64,000 bases of DNA from Anaerolineae bacterium (GCA_036986135.1 BTQZ01000002.1:62670-126669), one strand, 5' to 3'. Positions 25,045-34,713 are shown, numbered from the stretch's first letter. The notes: a model not told the origin generated them from the sequence alone. Made by a program: numbers and translations.

Positions 25045-26061
25045 TCACTCGGGTAGGCCGAGGTTCATCAATTCCTTACCCGGCCGAAGCTCCTTGGCAT
25101 AGGTATCCCACTGAAGGGAGATCTTCATGCCTGCCTTCTCATAGAGTCGCGTGGCTCCCGTAGGGTTCTGACCATCGACACCGAGGCCAACCTTTAATGT
25201 GCTGCGTCGCCAGAATTCCCCAAACGAATGCTGAAGGAGCGCGAGCGCAAGGCCTTGCCTTCGCCACGGACGGCGCACACTAAGCGAGCGGATCCAGCCC
25301 ATCTCGGGATCATCGTCGGCGCTTGGCTGAGCACGCGCCAGGCCCGCGATCTGATCACCGTCCCAGGCGATGAACCATAACCCGGGATCGTAACTAGATT
25401 CGTGGAAACTCGAGTGCGACCATCGTTCAAACCCCCGCTCGAATGACTCGGGCACATGTCCCCAGTGATCCTCGAAGGCTTCATCTTCGGCGCGGTAAAC
25501 CGCCTCCGCATCCCGGCCACGATCAAACGGCTTGAGTTGGATCTCGTGCGGCCATTTGGGCGGCCCGGGGAGTTCTTCAAGGTCGATCGTCATACGCCAG
25601 AAGAAACGGTCCGCGGTAAAGCCTCGATCTTCCAGTAACTGTGCGGAAGGCTGGTGGCCATGATAGGTGCCGACGCTCATTACGACCCGTGCGTCGTCAG
25701 GAACCCGGTCGATGACTTGGGCCGCGCGCTGCTCGGCCCACCCTATCAGATAACTGCCGATACCGAGCCCTTCGTGGTCTAGATGCACATTGCCGAACAC
25801 CCATGGATGCACAGGAATCTCAGAGGTATCCCAAATCTCAGTCGCGCCGACGAGCTCGCCCCGGGCGCTTTCGACAAGCCGGATATTTGATTGAGGCTCA
25901 AACCCCGGCGTTTCCCAATCTGCGCGCGCGCGATCCGCGTTTGTCTCGTCGGTGCCAATCACCGCGTTGGCAAAGGCATTGATGAACTCTACGACTCGCT
26001 CCAGATCGGCCATGGTGGCTGGGCGGGAAGAATATCCATCGGGTAAAGGGTCCACGATCAC
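25045..26061 (-). CDS. Double-GNAT N-acetyltransferase (MshD-like architecture), paralog 1
   Basis: Two GNAT halves. SVRRPWRRQGLALALLQHSF is the acetyl-CoA motif A. GTGA overlap with the upstream paralog. Confidence 0.8.
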   Translation of the reverse strand: MIVDPLPDGYSSRPATMADLERVVEFINAFANAVIGTDETNADRARADWETPGFEPQSNIRLVESARGELVGATEIWDTSEIPVHPWVFGNVHLDHEGLGIGSYLIGWAEQRAAQVIDRVPDDARVVMSVGTYHGHQPSAQLLEDRGFTADRFFWRMTIDLEELPGPPKWPHEIQLKPFDRGRDAEAVYRAEDEAFEDHWGHVPESFERGFERWSHSSFHESSYDPGLWFIAWDGDQIAGLARAQPSADDDPEMGWIRSLSVRRPWRRQGLALALLQHSFGEFWRRSTLKVGLGVDGQNPTGATRLYEKAGMKISLQWDTYAKELRPGKELMNLGLPE

Positions 26062-26972
26062 TCCTCGAGCGGCTTACGATAATCCGTCCAACGCTTCACT
26101 CTTTCGAAACCCATGCCTTTGTAAAGGCGAAAGGCGCCGCTGAGGTTCTGAGTGTCCACGCTCAGGGCGGCCTCCTCCATTCCCAGATCTCTCAACATGT
26201 GGAAGCTCTGCGCGATCAGCGCGCGTGCCAAGCCGCGGCGGCGCCAAGGACGCCGCACGCTGATGCCTTCTGTGTAGCCCCGCTTGCGGTTGTACTCTTC
26301 GTTCTCACGCTCGTCGATGAAATTGAGAACCATGCCGGCCACTCGATCGCCGTCCCAGGCGACCTTCCAGAGCTCGGGGTTGAAGGTTGGCTCCTCGAGC
26401 CATTCAGGAAATGTCTCCTCGGTCGGAGGTGCGTAGCCCCAATGGTCCCTGAAAGCCTCTACACTGGCCTCCCAGATAGGACGAATATGCTCTTCCTTTG
26501 CCGGACGGACTTCGAGACCGGGAGGTATCGGCAGATCAGGCAGTTTGCCATCCAGAGCGCGCGCCATTTCGACCTCGTGACGCACCGGCTCATAGCCTTC
26601 GCTCAGCACCAGAGCCTCCTTTCCAACTTGAGTATCCGCACCAGAGGTCTGGAAGAAGCGCTCACCGTCATTCGCATGGCCGGATGCTATTTGCAGGAGG
26701 CGACGTTCGCACCACCTCAGCATCGTCCTTCCGATCCCTTTTCTTCGCCACTCAGGCAAAAGGGTGCCAAGGTGCCAATAGATACGATCCCCCTCAAGCA
26801 GTTGTTTCCAGAACACACGGCAGTACGCGATCGGTTCACCGTCAGCTTCAGCAAACAGCATGTCCTGGAAGGGGTCACAGTTCGTAAGGTGGGAGTATGA
26901 TCGCTGGATGTCCTCAAGTGAGGTCACCTGCTTGATCTGGTCGAAATCCTTGGAGCCCTCAACAATGGCCAC
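26058..26972 (-). CDS. Double-GNAT N-acetyltransferase, paralog 2 (true start probably upstream, near 27062)
   Basis: SVRRPWRRRGLARALIAQSF motif A. The frame stays open to 27089 and encodes GLTFRGFRGEVDYPAIVAIV, which aligns with GYSSRPATMADLERVVEFI of paralog 1, but holds no ATG/GTG/TTG. Confidence 0.75.
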   Translation of the reverse strand: MAIVEGSKDFDQIKQVTSLEDIQRSYSHLTNCDPFQDMLFAEADGEPIAYCRVFWKQLLEGDRIYWHLGTLLPEWRRKGIGRTMLRWCERRLLQIASGHANDGERFFQTSGADTQVGKEALVLSEGYEPVRHEVEMARALDGKLPDLPIPPGLEVRPAKEEHIRPIWEASVEAFRDHWGYAPPTEETFPEWLEEPTFNPELWKVAWDGDRVAGMVLNFIDERENEEYNRKRGYTEGISVRRPWRRRGLARALIAQSFHMLRDLGMEEAALSVDTQNLSGAFRLYKGMGFERVKRWTDYRKPLEE

Positions 26973-27120
26973 GATAGCTGGGTAGTCGACCTCTCCACGG
27001 AATCCGCGGAACGTAAGGCCTTCGATCTCTGGCGCATCTTGCAGTTCAACTTGTTGTAGTATCGAGTTCTCCTTAACAAATATGGGCCGCTAAGTTCCCG
27101 CGGCCCACTCGATTACTATC

Positions 27121-27153
27121 AGGAAAAGAAAAGCCGCGGGGGAGGCCCGCGGC
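27121..27153 (-). terminator. Intrinsic terminator of the ABC permease operon
   Basis: GCCGCGGG (27133-27140) / CCCGCGGC (27146-27153) 8-bp stem. The minus-strand tail reads UUUUCUUUUCCU. A second hairpin, GGGCCGC/GCGGCCC, lies at 27084-27106. Confidence 0.65.
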
Positions 27154-27348
27154 GCGTTGTTTCAGGGTTTCACTTCAACCGGCAGCAGGCGCAATCCACT
27201 CAGGCAGGGCGATGCCCGATGCCTCAGCGATGTCAGGAAGTTGAATTGTCACGTGCACCTCCCGTACCGGACCGAAGCGAAGTCTAGCATTGGCCATAAG
27301 GCGTGTCAAGGAAAGGGGCATCCGGCAGGTGCGATCGTGCACCACGGT

Positions 27349-28302
27349 CTATCTTGGGCGCGGGTCCGCTACTCGCTCCATGCCACGCGAGGTGAGATAA
27401 AAGGCCAGCGCGAAAAGCGACAATGCCAGAGCGGGAGGGATGAGCGCATGCCAGGAAGGCTCTCGGATGCCGAGCGCCTGATCGTATGTTAGGGTCTCGT
27501 AGATCATGGTCCCCCAATTGTTTATCGAGCGAGTAAACCCGAAAAAGGAGATGAAGCCGTCGGCGACCACCGCACCGGTAACCACCACCATCGCCGATAA
27601 GGCAGCCAACGGAAGTAAGTGGGGAATGATGTGGTGCGTCAGCACATGCGTCGACCCGGCTCCCGAGCTCCTTGAAGCCTCCACAAATGGCATTTCGCGC
27701 AGTTTGAGGGATTGTGTCCTCAAAATGATGGCTGTACCTCCCGCACCCGCTATGAATCCATAGATCAGGCCGAGCGCAACGGGGCTAATATCGCGGAAGC
27801 GCGTTCCTACGATCACCATCAGTATCGGTGCAGGCAGCAGCAGGGCCACGTCGGAAAAACGGGAGAGCACCGAATCCACCGACCCGCGATAGTACCCAGC
27901 ATAGGCCCCGACGATCGTTCCAACGATTGAGGCCGTTATTGCAGCGGCCAATCCGAGACCAAAAGTAGGAGTCGTGGCGGCCAGCAGCCGGCTCAACACA
28001 TCACGGCCCAAGGCATCTGTGCCGAGCAGATGGCGGGAAGAGGGAGGGCTTGGGTGAATGACTTCGGGATCGAATCCGACTTGCGGGTCGTAAACGCCGG
28101 AGGGCCAGACGGTCTCCATCAGGATCGGGTGAATCACCGCCATAACCGCGAACACCAGTATCAAAACCAATCCAAATACTCCTAGCGAGCTTCTCTTGTA
28201 TTCTCGCCAAGCTCCCTTGAGCCTGCCGATGGTCAAAGCCAGGCGAATTTGAGCCCGGGCCAGCGCTCGCCTTCTCTCACTGTCGCGCGTCGGATCAGCC
28301 AT
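27349..28302 (-). CDS. ABC transporter permease (DppC/OppC-like)
   Basis: N-terminal TM then binding-protein-dependent transport fold. EAS.SSGAG..HIIPH EAA-loop region. Confidence 0.85.
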   Translation of the reverse strand: MADPTRDSERRRALARAQIRLALTIGRLKGAWREYKRSSLGVFGLVLILVFAVMAVIHPILMETVWPSGVYDPQVGFDPEVIHPSPPSSRHLLGTDALGRDVLSRLLAATTPTFGLGLAAAITASIVGTIVGAYAGYYRGSVDSVLSRFSDVALLLPAPILMVIVGTRFRDISPVALGLIYGFIAGAGGTAIILRTQSLKLREMPFVEASRSSGAGSTHVLTHHIIPHLLPLAALSAMVVVTGAVVADGFISFFGFTRSINNWGTMIYETLTYDQALGIREPSWHALIPPALALSLFALAFYLTSRGMERVADPRPR

Positions 28303-28319
28303 CGTTTATCTGAACCTAC

Positions 28320-29492
28320 CTAGACCTTGGTTTCCTGCGCTTCAGCTACCCGGAGCCGGGGATCCATGGTCGCCAGCACTACTTCCAGGATCAGCCGCCC
28401 GATGAGAGTAACTACCCCGACCAACAGAAACAGCGCCATAACCATCGGCATGTCCTGCTGGTAGAGCGAGCTGAACAGCATGCTCCCCACGCCCGGCCAA
28501 TCCAAAACATCTTCGATGATCACGATCCCCGTGAGGAGAAAGGGCAGGCTAATGATCAGACGACTGACGACCGGAAGAATGGCGTTGGGGCTTGCATGCC
28601 GGTCGCGCACGATTTGCTCTGGCAGGCCCTTTGCACGAGCCACGGTGACATACTCTTGATTATGCTGCTCGCGCAGGCTGGTGCGCATGATGAGCATCGT
28701 CTCACCGAATGTCAGCAGGATGAACGTGAGCATCGGAACGGCGGCAAGGTTGACCAGATCCATCGCCTGGGGGCCAAAGCCCCATGCGCGCCAGATGAGG
28801 AAGGAGATGCCTCCGACTAGGACCAGCCCCACCAACAGCGGTATCCCGCGAGCTCGACGCCTCACCAGCAGCCAATTCAAGATTGCCAGACCGCCGACCA
28901 CGACCGCAAGCGTAAGAAGCATTCTGCTCGCCGCGGCCTCGGGTTGCAGATCGATCTGTGACCACAGCTGGCGGTCGTAGCTTCCGGCAGGATTGCCCGA
29001 AAATCCTCGATAGACCCCCAGCCGCCGGCCGACCATGTAGGCGATCAGCCATGCCAACCAAGGCGGGAAGGAGGTGAACAAGGCCAGGCCGCTCAGCGTG
29101 GTGGCATTCGAAATGAGCTTAGGAGACCGCCAGCCGGTGAACTTGCCCAGACGCAATCCCAATAGGTATGCCAGCGCTGCGCCGGGAAGAAGGATCAGCA
29201 TGCTCAACGGCAGCGTCACCTTGAGGACCTCAATCACGTCGCTGCCATAAAACGAAGTGCCAAGCTTGCCAGTGAAAAAATCTCTCATCCAATTCAGGTA
29301 CTGCTGCCAAAGGGGGAGGTTGAGGCCGAGCTCTTCCCGAAGCGCCTCCCGCTGGGCGGGGCTCATGCCCAGCGCAAATTGGACGGTGAAGTCTGCTGGC
29401 ACAATGATCTGTACCAGGAAGAATATCGCCGTAACGAAGAGCAACAGTGTGACGAGACTGCCAAGGCCTCGCCGTAGGATATAGCGAGTCAC
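28320..29492 (-). CDS. ABC transporter permease (DppB/OppB-like, with ~60-aa insertion)
   Basis: MTRYILRRGLGSLVTLLLFVTAIFFLV canonical N-terminus; ARAKGLPEQIVRDRHASPNAILPV EAA motif. Confidence 0.85.
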   Translation of the reverse strand: MTRYILRRGLGSLVTLLLFVTAIFFLVQIIVPADFTVQFALGMSPAQREALREELGLNLPLWQQYLNWMRDFFTGKLGTSFYGSDVIEVLKVTLPLSMLILLPGAALAYLLGLRLGKFTGWRSPKLISNATTLSGLALFTSFPPWLAWLIAYMVGRRLGVYRGFSGNPAGSYDRQLWSQIDLQPEAAASRMLLTLAVVVGGLAILNWLLVRRRARGIPLLVGLVLVGGISFLIWRAWGFGPQAMDLVNLAAVPMLTFILLTFGETMLIMRTSLREQHNQEYVTVARAKGLPEQIVRDRHASPNAILPVVSRLIISLPFLLTGIVIIEDVLDWPGVGSMLFSSLYQQDMPMVMALFLLVGVVTLIGRLILEVVLATMDPRLRVAEAQETKV

Positions 29493-29577
29493 AGCGCGGG
29501 TCCCAAGTCAGCTACCCCACATCTTGGGCAAATGGTTCAACCAGGGAATATGCAAACTCGGGCGGAGCATGAATGGA

Positions 29578-30606
29578 TCACTCGGCTCTCACCGCGTTAA
29601 GCAAGTCTGCGAGCATCCCGTATGCGGTCGTATTCGGGCCTGGATCCGTGCCCATGATCGTCAGACCGCCAAGAACATCGCTGGCGAAGGTGATCAAGGA
29701 TGAGGTCCCACGCACGTGATAGAGAGGGTCTTCGGGACCGACCCGTTCAGGACGTACTCTGCCTAGCGCCATGCTGTTTTCGCGCCAGCCGCTGCAAACC
29801 AGCCTCCAGCGCAGCCCGTCTTGCGTGGCAGCGCTGATCTGATTCGCATCCAATTCGCCAATTCCACCACGTTCCACATCTTGGATGCCCAGCGGAGAGT
29901 CCATTAGCACGGTGGCCAGCGCGGCAACTTTGATCGCCGCGTCCCAGCCATCGATATCCCCTGAAGGATCGGTCTCTGCGACGCCGATGGCTTGGGCTTC
30001 CTCCAGAGCGGCTGCAAACGACTTCCCGTCCTCCATTTCAGATAGCATGAAGTTTGTCGTTGAATTCAGCACACCCCGAAATGAAGTCAGCCGTGCACCC
30101 GGCATGCACTCGCGCCAGGTCGAAAATAATGGCGTTCCATCCATCACCGTAGACTCAAATAGAAAACGCCGGCTCTTGGATCTTGCGAGCTCAGACAGTG
30201 CCTGATATCCATGCACCACGGGACCTTTATTGGCCGTGATTGCGTGCATCCCGCGCCGCAGCGCGGTCTCAAGGTAGCCAATCGCCGGCTGCCCGGACCG
30301 GTAGTTGACCGGCATGCTTTCAAGGATCGCCTCCGCCTCGATCTCCTCCAGCAGCTCGGTGATTTCGTTAGGGGCTTGGGCATGTGCAAGCTCAGAGAGG
30401 CTCCCCGCGCGCCCTTGTATTTCGAGCGCACGCGCCAGATCCAATCCTGCTTTATCGTAGGCCGCTCCATGCCGTCCAGTGGCTATTGCGACTACGCGCA
30501 GGTCCAGCCCGTAGCGTTCTTGAACCTCTGCGTGCTTGGCTACGATCAGACGCGCAAGCGCTCCGCCCACGTTTCCAAACCCGAGCAGAACCAGCCGTAC
30601 CGTCAT
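29578..30606 (-). CDS. hom: Homoserine dehydrogenase (short form, no ACT domain)
   Basis: LLGFGNVGGALARL Rossmann motif, ITANKGPV, catalytic-domain pattern DP.GDIDGWDAAIK. Confidence 0.8.
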   Translation of the reverse strand: MTVRLVLLGFGNVGGALARLIVAKHAEVQERYGLDLRVVAIATGRHGAAYDKAGLDLARALEIQGRAGSLSELAHAQAPNEITELLEEIEAEAILESMPVNYRSGQPAIGYLETALRRGMHAITANKGPVVHGYQALSELARSKSRRFLFESTVMDGTPLFSTWRECMPGARLTSFRGVLNSTTNFMLSEMEDGKSFAAALEEAQAIGVAETDPSGDIDGWDAAIKVAALATVLMDSPLGIQDVERGGIGELDANQISAATQDGLRWRLVCSGWRENSMALGRVRPERVGPEDPLYHVRGTSSLITFASDVLGGLTIMGTDPGPNTTAYGMLADLLNAVRAE

Positions 30607-30736
30607 CCTAGAATAGTAGTCCCGCCAGCGCAGACTTGAGAAGGGCCGAATCTCCCCTCCTTGAGTGCCCCTCTTTCAATGATTTCATCACGAGCTAGAG
30701 TGTGGTGCACACAATCGGTTTCAGCCTCGATAGAGA

Positions 30737-31456
30737 TCAGACCAGCGGCCAAGGATAGTTGCGCTGCGGCCCGGGCTCGGGAAAGTGTGATTCTCGAAAT
30801 AGCCAGGAATTCCGCTCCCTTAGGGCCCGAATTTCATCGGAAGAGAGCAGCCCTGCGAGCTCCAAGCTAAGTGTCCCCTGATCTTCGAGTTTGGAAGTTA
30901 GAGCCTGCAGATTCCTGAGCAAGGCCGATGGAATGGCCTCACCTGCAAAATCCCAGATAACGGTTCGAAGCTTATGCTCCTCATGAAAGCAAACGCCGTG
31001 ATCGATCAACTGGATGTGGCCCTCCGGCATATGGATTACGTGCCCAGCCTTGCGATCGGCATTATTTATCAACACATCGAAGAGCGCCGCGGGTCTTAAC
31101 AACTGCTTCTCACCTTCCGAAAAGGTGAAGTAGTTGCGGGTTGGCTCCACATCAAGGTAAAGCTGGAGCGATCCGCCGCCCGCAGGACCGTCCTCGCGAA
31201 GGGTCGTGGGTGGAACTAGGTCCCATCCGAGAGCCTCACTGGTTTTGAAGGCAGCCACTTCCCGAAGCGCCAGTGTGCTGCCTGGAAAATCCCAAAGCGG
31301 CTGTTCTCCATTCGAGGGCTTGTAAACGGCCGACATGGGCCCATTCACGGTGTTTACCTCGACCAGGAATGTGTGGTTAGATCCGACAGCAAACTGTCCC
31401 TGGAAACTAATCTCACCCGTGCGCAGGGAATGCAGAACGGAGGCCTTGGATCTCAT
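30737..31456 (-). CDS. SCO1664-family protein (PI3/4-kinase-like fold), member of the conserved trio
   Basis: LINNADRKAGHVI..LIDHGVCF resembles the catalytic/activation loops of PI-kinase-like proteins. Start moved to ATG 31456 (MRSKASVLH), 13 nt after the upstream stop. Confidence 0.65.
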   Translation of the reverse strand: MRSKASVLHSLRTGEISFQGQFAVGSNHTFLVEVNTVNGPMSAVYKPSNGEQPLWDFPGSTLALREVAAFKTSEALGWDLVPPTTLREDGPAGGGSLQLYLDVEPTRNYFTFSEGEKQLLRPAALFDVLINNADRKAGHVIHMPEGHIQLIDHGVCFHEEHKLRTVIWDFAGEAIPSALLRNLQALTSKLEDQGTLSLELAGLLSSDEIRALRERNSWLFRESHFPEPGPQRNYPWPLV

Positions 31457-31469
31457 TCTAGAGAGGGAA

Positions 31470-31979
31470 CTATATTTTGTGCCCGTTGCTCTTGGGACAG
31501 AAGTGTCCTTTGGGATCTTTTGGCTCGCCGCAATTGCCACAAATGGGTCGACCTTGACTTGCGACTTCGAGTCCCCAGAGACACATAGCGCGGAGCTGTG
31601 ACCGAGTACACCAGAAGCGGACGACTTCCGATCCCTCGTCTTCGGATTCGAGCTGGCGCGCTACGAGCACCAGCCGGTCGCTCACTTCGTCGTAACCCAA
31701 ACCTATGTTGCCGACCCGAAACATCGGATCCAGTGGCTGCTCCAGTCCCATCTCATCGCTGCTGTAGTCGGCAGAGGCTTCCGATAGCTCCGGCAATCGA
31801 TCACCCAGTTCGTCGAGGAACTCCTCCAAGCCAATTGCGAGTGACTGCACTTGATGCTTTTCGACGATCAGCGTCACGAGTTCGCTCCCCTTGCGCGCCT
31901 GAATGTAGAAGACGCGCTTTCCGGGAGGACCGACGGCCCCGGTGGTGATCCGGCTGACTGGGTTTAGCTCAACTTCCAT
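31470..31979 (-). CDS. DUF3090-family protein with C-terminal zinc-ribbon-like motif
   Basis: TTGAVGPPGKRVFYIQAR..LVTLIVEKHQV..CGNCGEPKDPKGHFCPKSNGH matches my recollection of DUF3090 (TIGR03847). Confidence 0.65.
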   Translation of the reverse strand: MEVELNPVSRITTGAVGPPGKRVFYIQARKGSELVTLIVEKHQVQSLAIGLEEFLDELGDRLPELSEASADYSSDEMGLEQPLDPMFRVGNIGLGYDEVSDRLVLVARQLESEDEGSEVVRFWCTRSQLRAMCLWGLEVASQGRPICGNCGEPKDPKGHFCPKSNGHKI

Positions 31980-31997
31980 GGTGAGGCTTGAGACGTG

Positions 31998-32603
31998 CTA
32001 CGGGGGCGGCGATCGAAGTATAACATTCAGCTGAATAAGCCTGGCGGACCTATCTTCAATGGACAATTCAGAAATCGAGGCCGGCCCAACATCAAGCCGC
32101 TGGAATGAATCGATGGGCAAGCCGATGTAGTGAGCAATGGCCAACTTGATCGGATCGGCGTGAGAAACGCAGGCGAGGGCGCCAGAGTGTTTAGAGCGGA
32201 GCCCCTCCAACGTCTCGACGATTCGTGACTGCGCCTCAAGAAACGATTCCCCTTCCGGAAATCGTGCCAGGGAGGGCGTATATTGGATGGTTGGCCACAG
32301 CTTCCGTCGGCGCGCAGCTCGCAAACTAAGCCCCTCCCAGCGGCCGATCCTCAACTCGCCCAGACCCTGCAGAACGATGACATTCAATCCCTGGATGGCC
32401 GCAATCTCATCGGCAGTTTCCGCGGCTCGCTCCAGCGGACTTGAGTAGACGGCCTGCAACCTTACCGTCCGCAGCATTTCGGCTGCCTCTGCTGCCTGCT
32501 CCTTGCCAGCGGCATTCAGGTGCACCCCAGGAAGCCATCCAGCCAGCTTGCCCTTTTCTACATAGTCGTTCTGGCCGTGCCTGACGAGGTAAATCGTCGT
32601 CAT
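31998..32603 (-). CDS. Histidine phosphatase (phosphoglycerate mutase-like) family, MSMEG_4193-type
   Basis: IYLVRHGQN catalytic RHG motif, later VSHADPIK. ATGA overlap with the rarA stop. Confidence 0.8.
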   Translation of the reverse strand: MTTIYLVRHGQNDYVEKGKLAGWLPGVHLNAAGKEQAAEAAEMLRTVRLQAVYSSPLERAAETADEIAAIQGLNVIVLQGLGELRIGRWEGLSLRAARRRKLWPTIQYTPSLARFPEGESFLEAQSRIVETLEGLRSKHSGALACVSHADPIKLAIAHYIGLPIDSFQRLDVGPASISELSIEDRSARLIQLNVILRSPPP

Positions 32604-34030
32604 GAGGTACTGCGATCACGGGTGTGGTGCCGCTTTAGGCTCTGAATCTCGGATTCCGGAAGATCGGGGATTTCAATGAAATTCTCCAGCTCGAGCGCCT
32701 GACGCTGGGCACGCCTCCACCGGTCGAGTCGATCGGCGACCTCTTGCTCGTAGCCTAGATCTGAGGGGTGGTAGAAGTAGGTGCCGAGCAGCTCTTCTGG
32801 CAGGTAGCCTTGGCCGACAAAGTGAGCGGCGTGCTCATGCGGATAGTCATACTCGGCCCCATGGCCCAGGGCAGCCGCATCGCGGCTTGGGTCTTTGAGG
32901 TGATTCGGAACTTCAACTGCCCCCTGTTCTTCGATCGATTTAAGGGCTTTGAAGTAGGCCCCCGCGGAGTTGGACTTCGGCGCGGTCGACAAGTACAGCG
33001 TGGCCTCCACGAGTGGATATATTCCTTCGGGCAGACCAACAAATTGGAATGCCTGCATGGCGGCGGAAGTCACCACCAGGCCCATTGGATCTGCCAGTCC
33101 AATATCCTCAGAAGCCAGGATCAACAGCCTTCTAAGAATGAAGCGCGGATCCTCCCCGGCATACAGCATCTTCGCCAGCCAAAACAGAGCGGCGTCTGGA
33201 TCGGAACCGCGTACTGACTTGATGTAGGCCGAAATAGTGTCGTAGTGGGCGTCGCCATCCTTGTCATACAGCACGGCTCTGCGCTGAATCGATTCCTGAG
33301 CGACTTCGAGCGTGATGTTAATCGTGTCCTCATGGGTGGATTCAACCGCCAGTTCCAGCGCATTAAGCGCGTTGCGGGCGTCCCCGCCAGCCACGCGCAC
33401 CAAGTGTGCCAGGGCATCCGACTCAATCGTCACGTTCCTCGTGCCGTAGCCGCGCTGCTCGTCCGCCAGGGCCGCTCGAATAATGCGCTCGACCTCGTCG
33501 TCCTGCAGCGGTCGCAGCTGAAATACACGCGAACGGGAGACCAGCGCGCCTATGACCTCGAAATGAGGATTTTCAGTGGTTGCTCCGATGAGAGTGATCA
33601 TCCCCTGTTCGACCTGAGGAAGAAGGGCATCCTGCTGGGCTTTGTTCCAGCGGTGCACTTCATCCACGAAAAGAATGGTTCTTTGGCCGTGGTACTTGCG
33701 GCGCTCCTGTGCGGCGCTAATGACCCTGCGGAGCTCGGCCTTGCCGGCCAAGACCGCAGACAGGTTCTCAAAGGCTGAAGCGGTCGTGTTGGCAATGATC
33801 ATCGCCAACGTTGTCTTACCCGTACCGGGAGCTCCCCACAGAATGATGGAAGAGAACAATCGATCGCTCTCGATCGCTCTGCGGAGCAAGCGGCCTTCGC
33901 CAATAATGTGCTCTTGGCCTTCGAATTCACCAAGCATCTTGGGCCGCATGCGAGCGGCGAGCGGTGCCTCCACGACAAAACGCTCGTTTAAGGCGTGGTC
34001 AAAGAGGTCCTGGGAGCGCATGTCGCGCAT
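32600..34030 (-). CDS. rarA: Replication-associated recombination protein A (AAA+ ATPase)
   Basis: Walker A GAPGTGKTTLA, Walker B ILFVDEVHRWNKAQQD, MgsA C-terminal domain. ATG 34030 or 34021 is preferred over 34123. Confidence 0.9.
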   Translation of the reverse strand: MRDMRSQDLFDHALNERFVVEAPLAARMRPKMLGEFEGQEHIIGEGRLLRRAIESDRLFSSIILWGAPGTGKTTLAMIIANTTASAFENLSAVLAGKAELRRVISAAQERRKYHGQRTILFVDEVHRWNKAQQDALLPQVEQGMITLIGATTENPHFEVIGALVSRSRVFQLRPLQDDEVERIIRAALADEQRGYGTRNVTIESDALAHLVRVAGGDARNALNALELAVESTHEDTINITLEVAQESIQRRAVLYDKDGDAHYDTISAYIKSVRGSDPDAALFWLAKMLYAGEDPRFILRRLLILASEDIGLADPMGLVVTSAAMQAFQFVGLPEGIYPLVEATLYLSTAPKSNSAGAYFKALKSIEEQGAVEVPNHLKDPSRDAAALGHGAEYDYPHEHAAHFVGQGYLPEELLGTYFYHPSDLGYEQEVADRLDRWRRAQRQALELENFIEIPDLPESEIQSLKRHHTRDRSTS

Positions 34031-34062
34031 TGTACCAGTCGCTATGATAAGATGGCGGCGTT

Positions 34063-34713
34063 TTGCAGGAAGTGGAGATCGTGCTGGCCTCCGCCTCGCC
34101 ACGCAGGCAGGAACTAATCGCACTGACGGGCTGGGAGGTGAGAATAGCAGCGGAGGAGGTAGATGAGCGCAGGCGGCAGGACGAGGGCCCGCGGGATATG
34201 ACGCGGCGGCTGGCCTTTGCCAAGGCGAAGGCTGCGGGCGGCAAATCCGGCCTGATTCTCGGAGCAGACACAGTGGTGGTCGATGGAGAGCAGCTGCTCG
34301 GCAAGCCGATGGACCTTGGGGATGCCAGGCAGATGCTTGAGGCTCTGAGTGGTCGCAGCCATCAGGTGGTCACCAGCATCGCGCTCCTTGATCTGAATTC
34401 CGGCACGCATGTCGTAGATACCTGTGAAAGCCGTGTTCCAATGAGACGATTCAATAACGCCGATCTCGACAGCTACCTGGCCAGCGGCAATCCGCTCGAC
34501 AAGGCCGGATCCTATGCAATCCAAGATAAGGAATTCATGCCGGTCGATGCGGCGCGCATGAAAGATTGCTTCGCGAATGTAATGGGGCTGCCGCTTTGCC
34601 ACGTCGTACGGAACCTCCCCCAGGCGCCCCCGGTCGACGTTCCGGCCGCCTGCCAGGCACACACCGGTTACGAATGCCCAATCTATTCGGAAGTTCTCGA
34701 GGGAAACCTATGA
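34063..34713 (+). CDS. maf: Maf-like nucleoside triphosphate pyrophosphatase
   Basis: IVLASASPRRQELI, GADTVV, KAGSYAIQ motifs. The start may be GTG 34072. Confidence 0.85.
   Translation: MQEVEIVLASASPRRQELIALTGWEVRIAAEEVDERRRQDEGPRDMTRRLAFAKAKAAGGKSGLILGADTVVVDGEQLLGKPMDLGDARQMLEALSGRSHQVVTSIALLDLNSGTHVVDTCESRVPMRRFNNADLDSYLASGNPLDKAGSYAIQDKEFMPVDAARMKDCFANVMGLPLCHVVRNLPQAPPVDVPAACQAHTGYECPIYSEVLEGNL

Noticed and set aside
31457-31540. Longer start (31540) for the SCO1664-family gene, overlapping the DUF3090 gene by 71 nt.
   Set aside because: An internal ATG at 31456 lies 13 nt after the upstream stop and removes the overlap. The extra residues have no recognisable content.
34566-34709. 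48-codon extension of the PBP2 ORF, and the extended rarA start at 34123.
   Set aside because: Both extensions are Arg/Pro-rich and overlap neighbouring genes. MKLIGVPFMAFVLAACG is a clean lipoprotein signal, and it starts at an ATGA overlap with maf.
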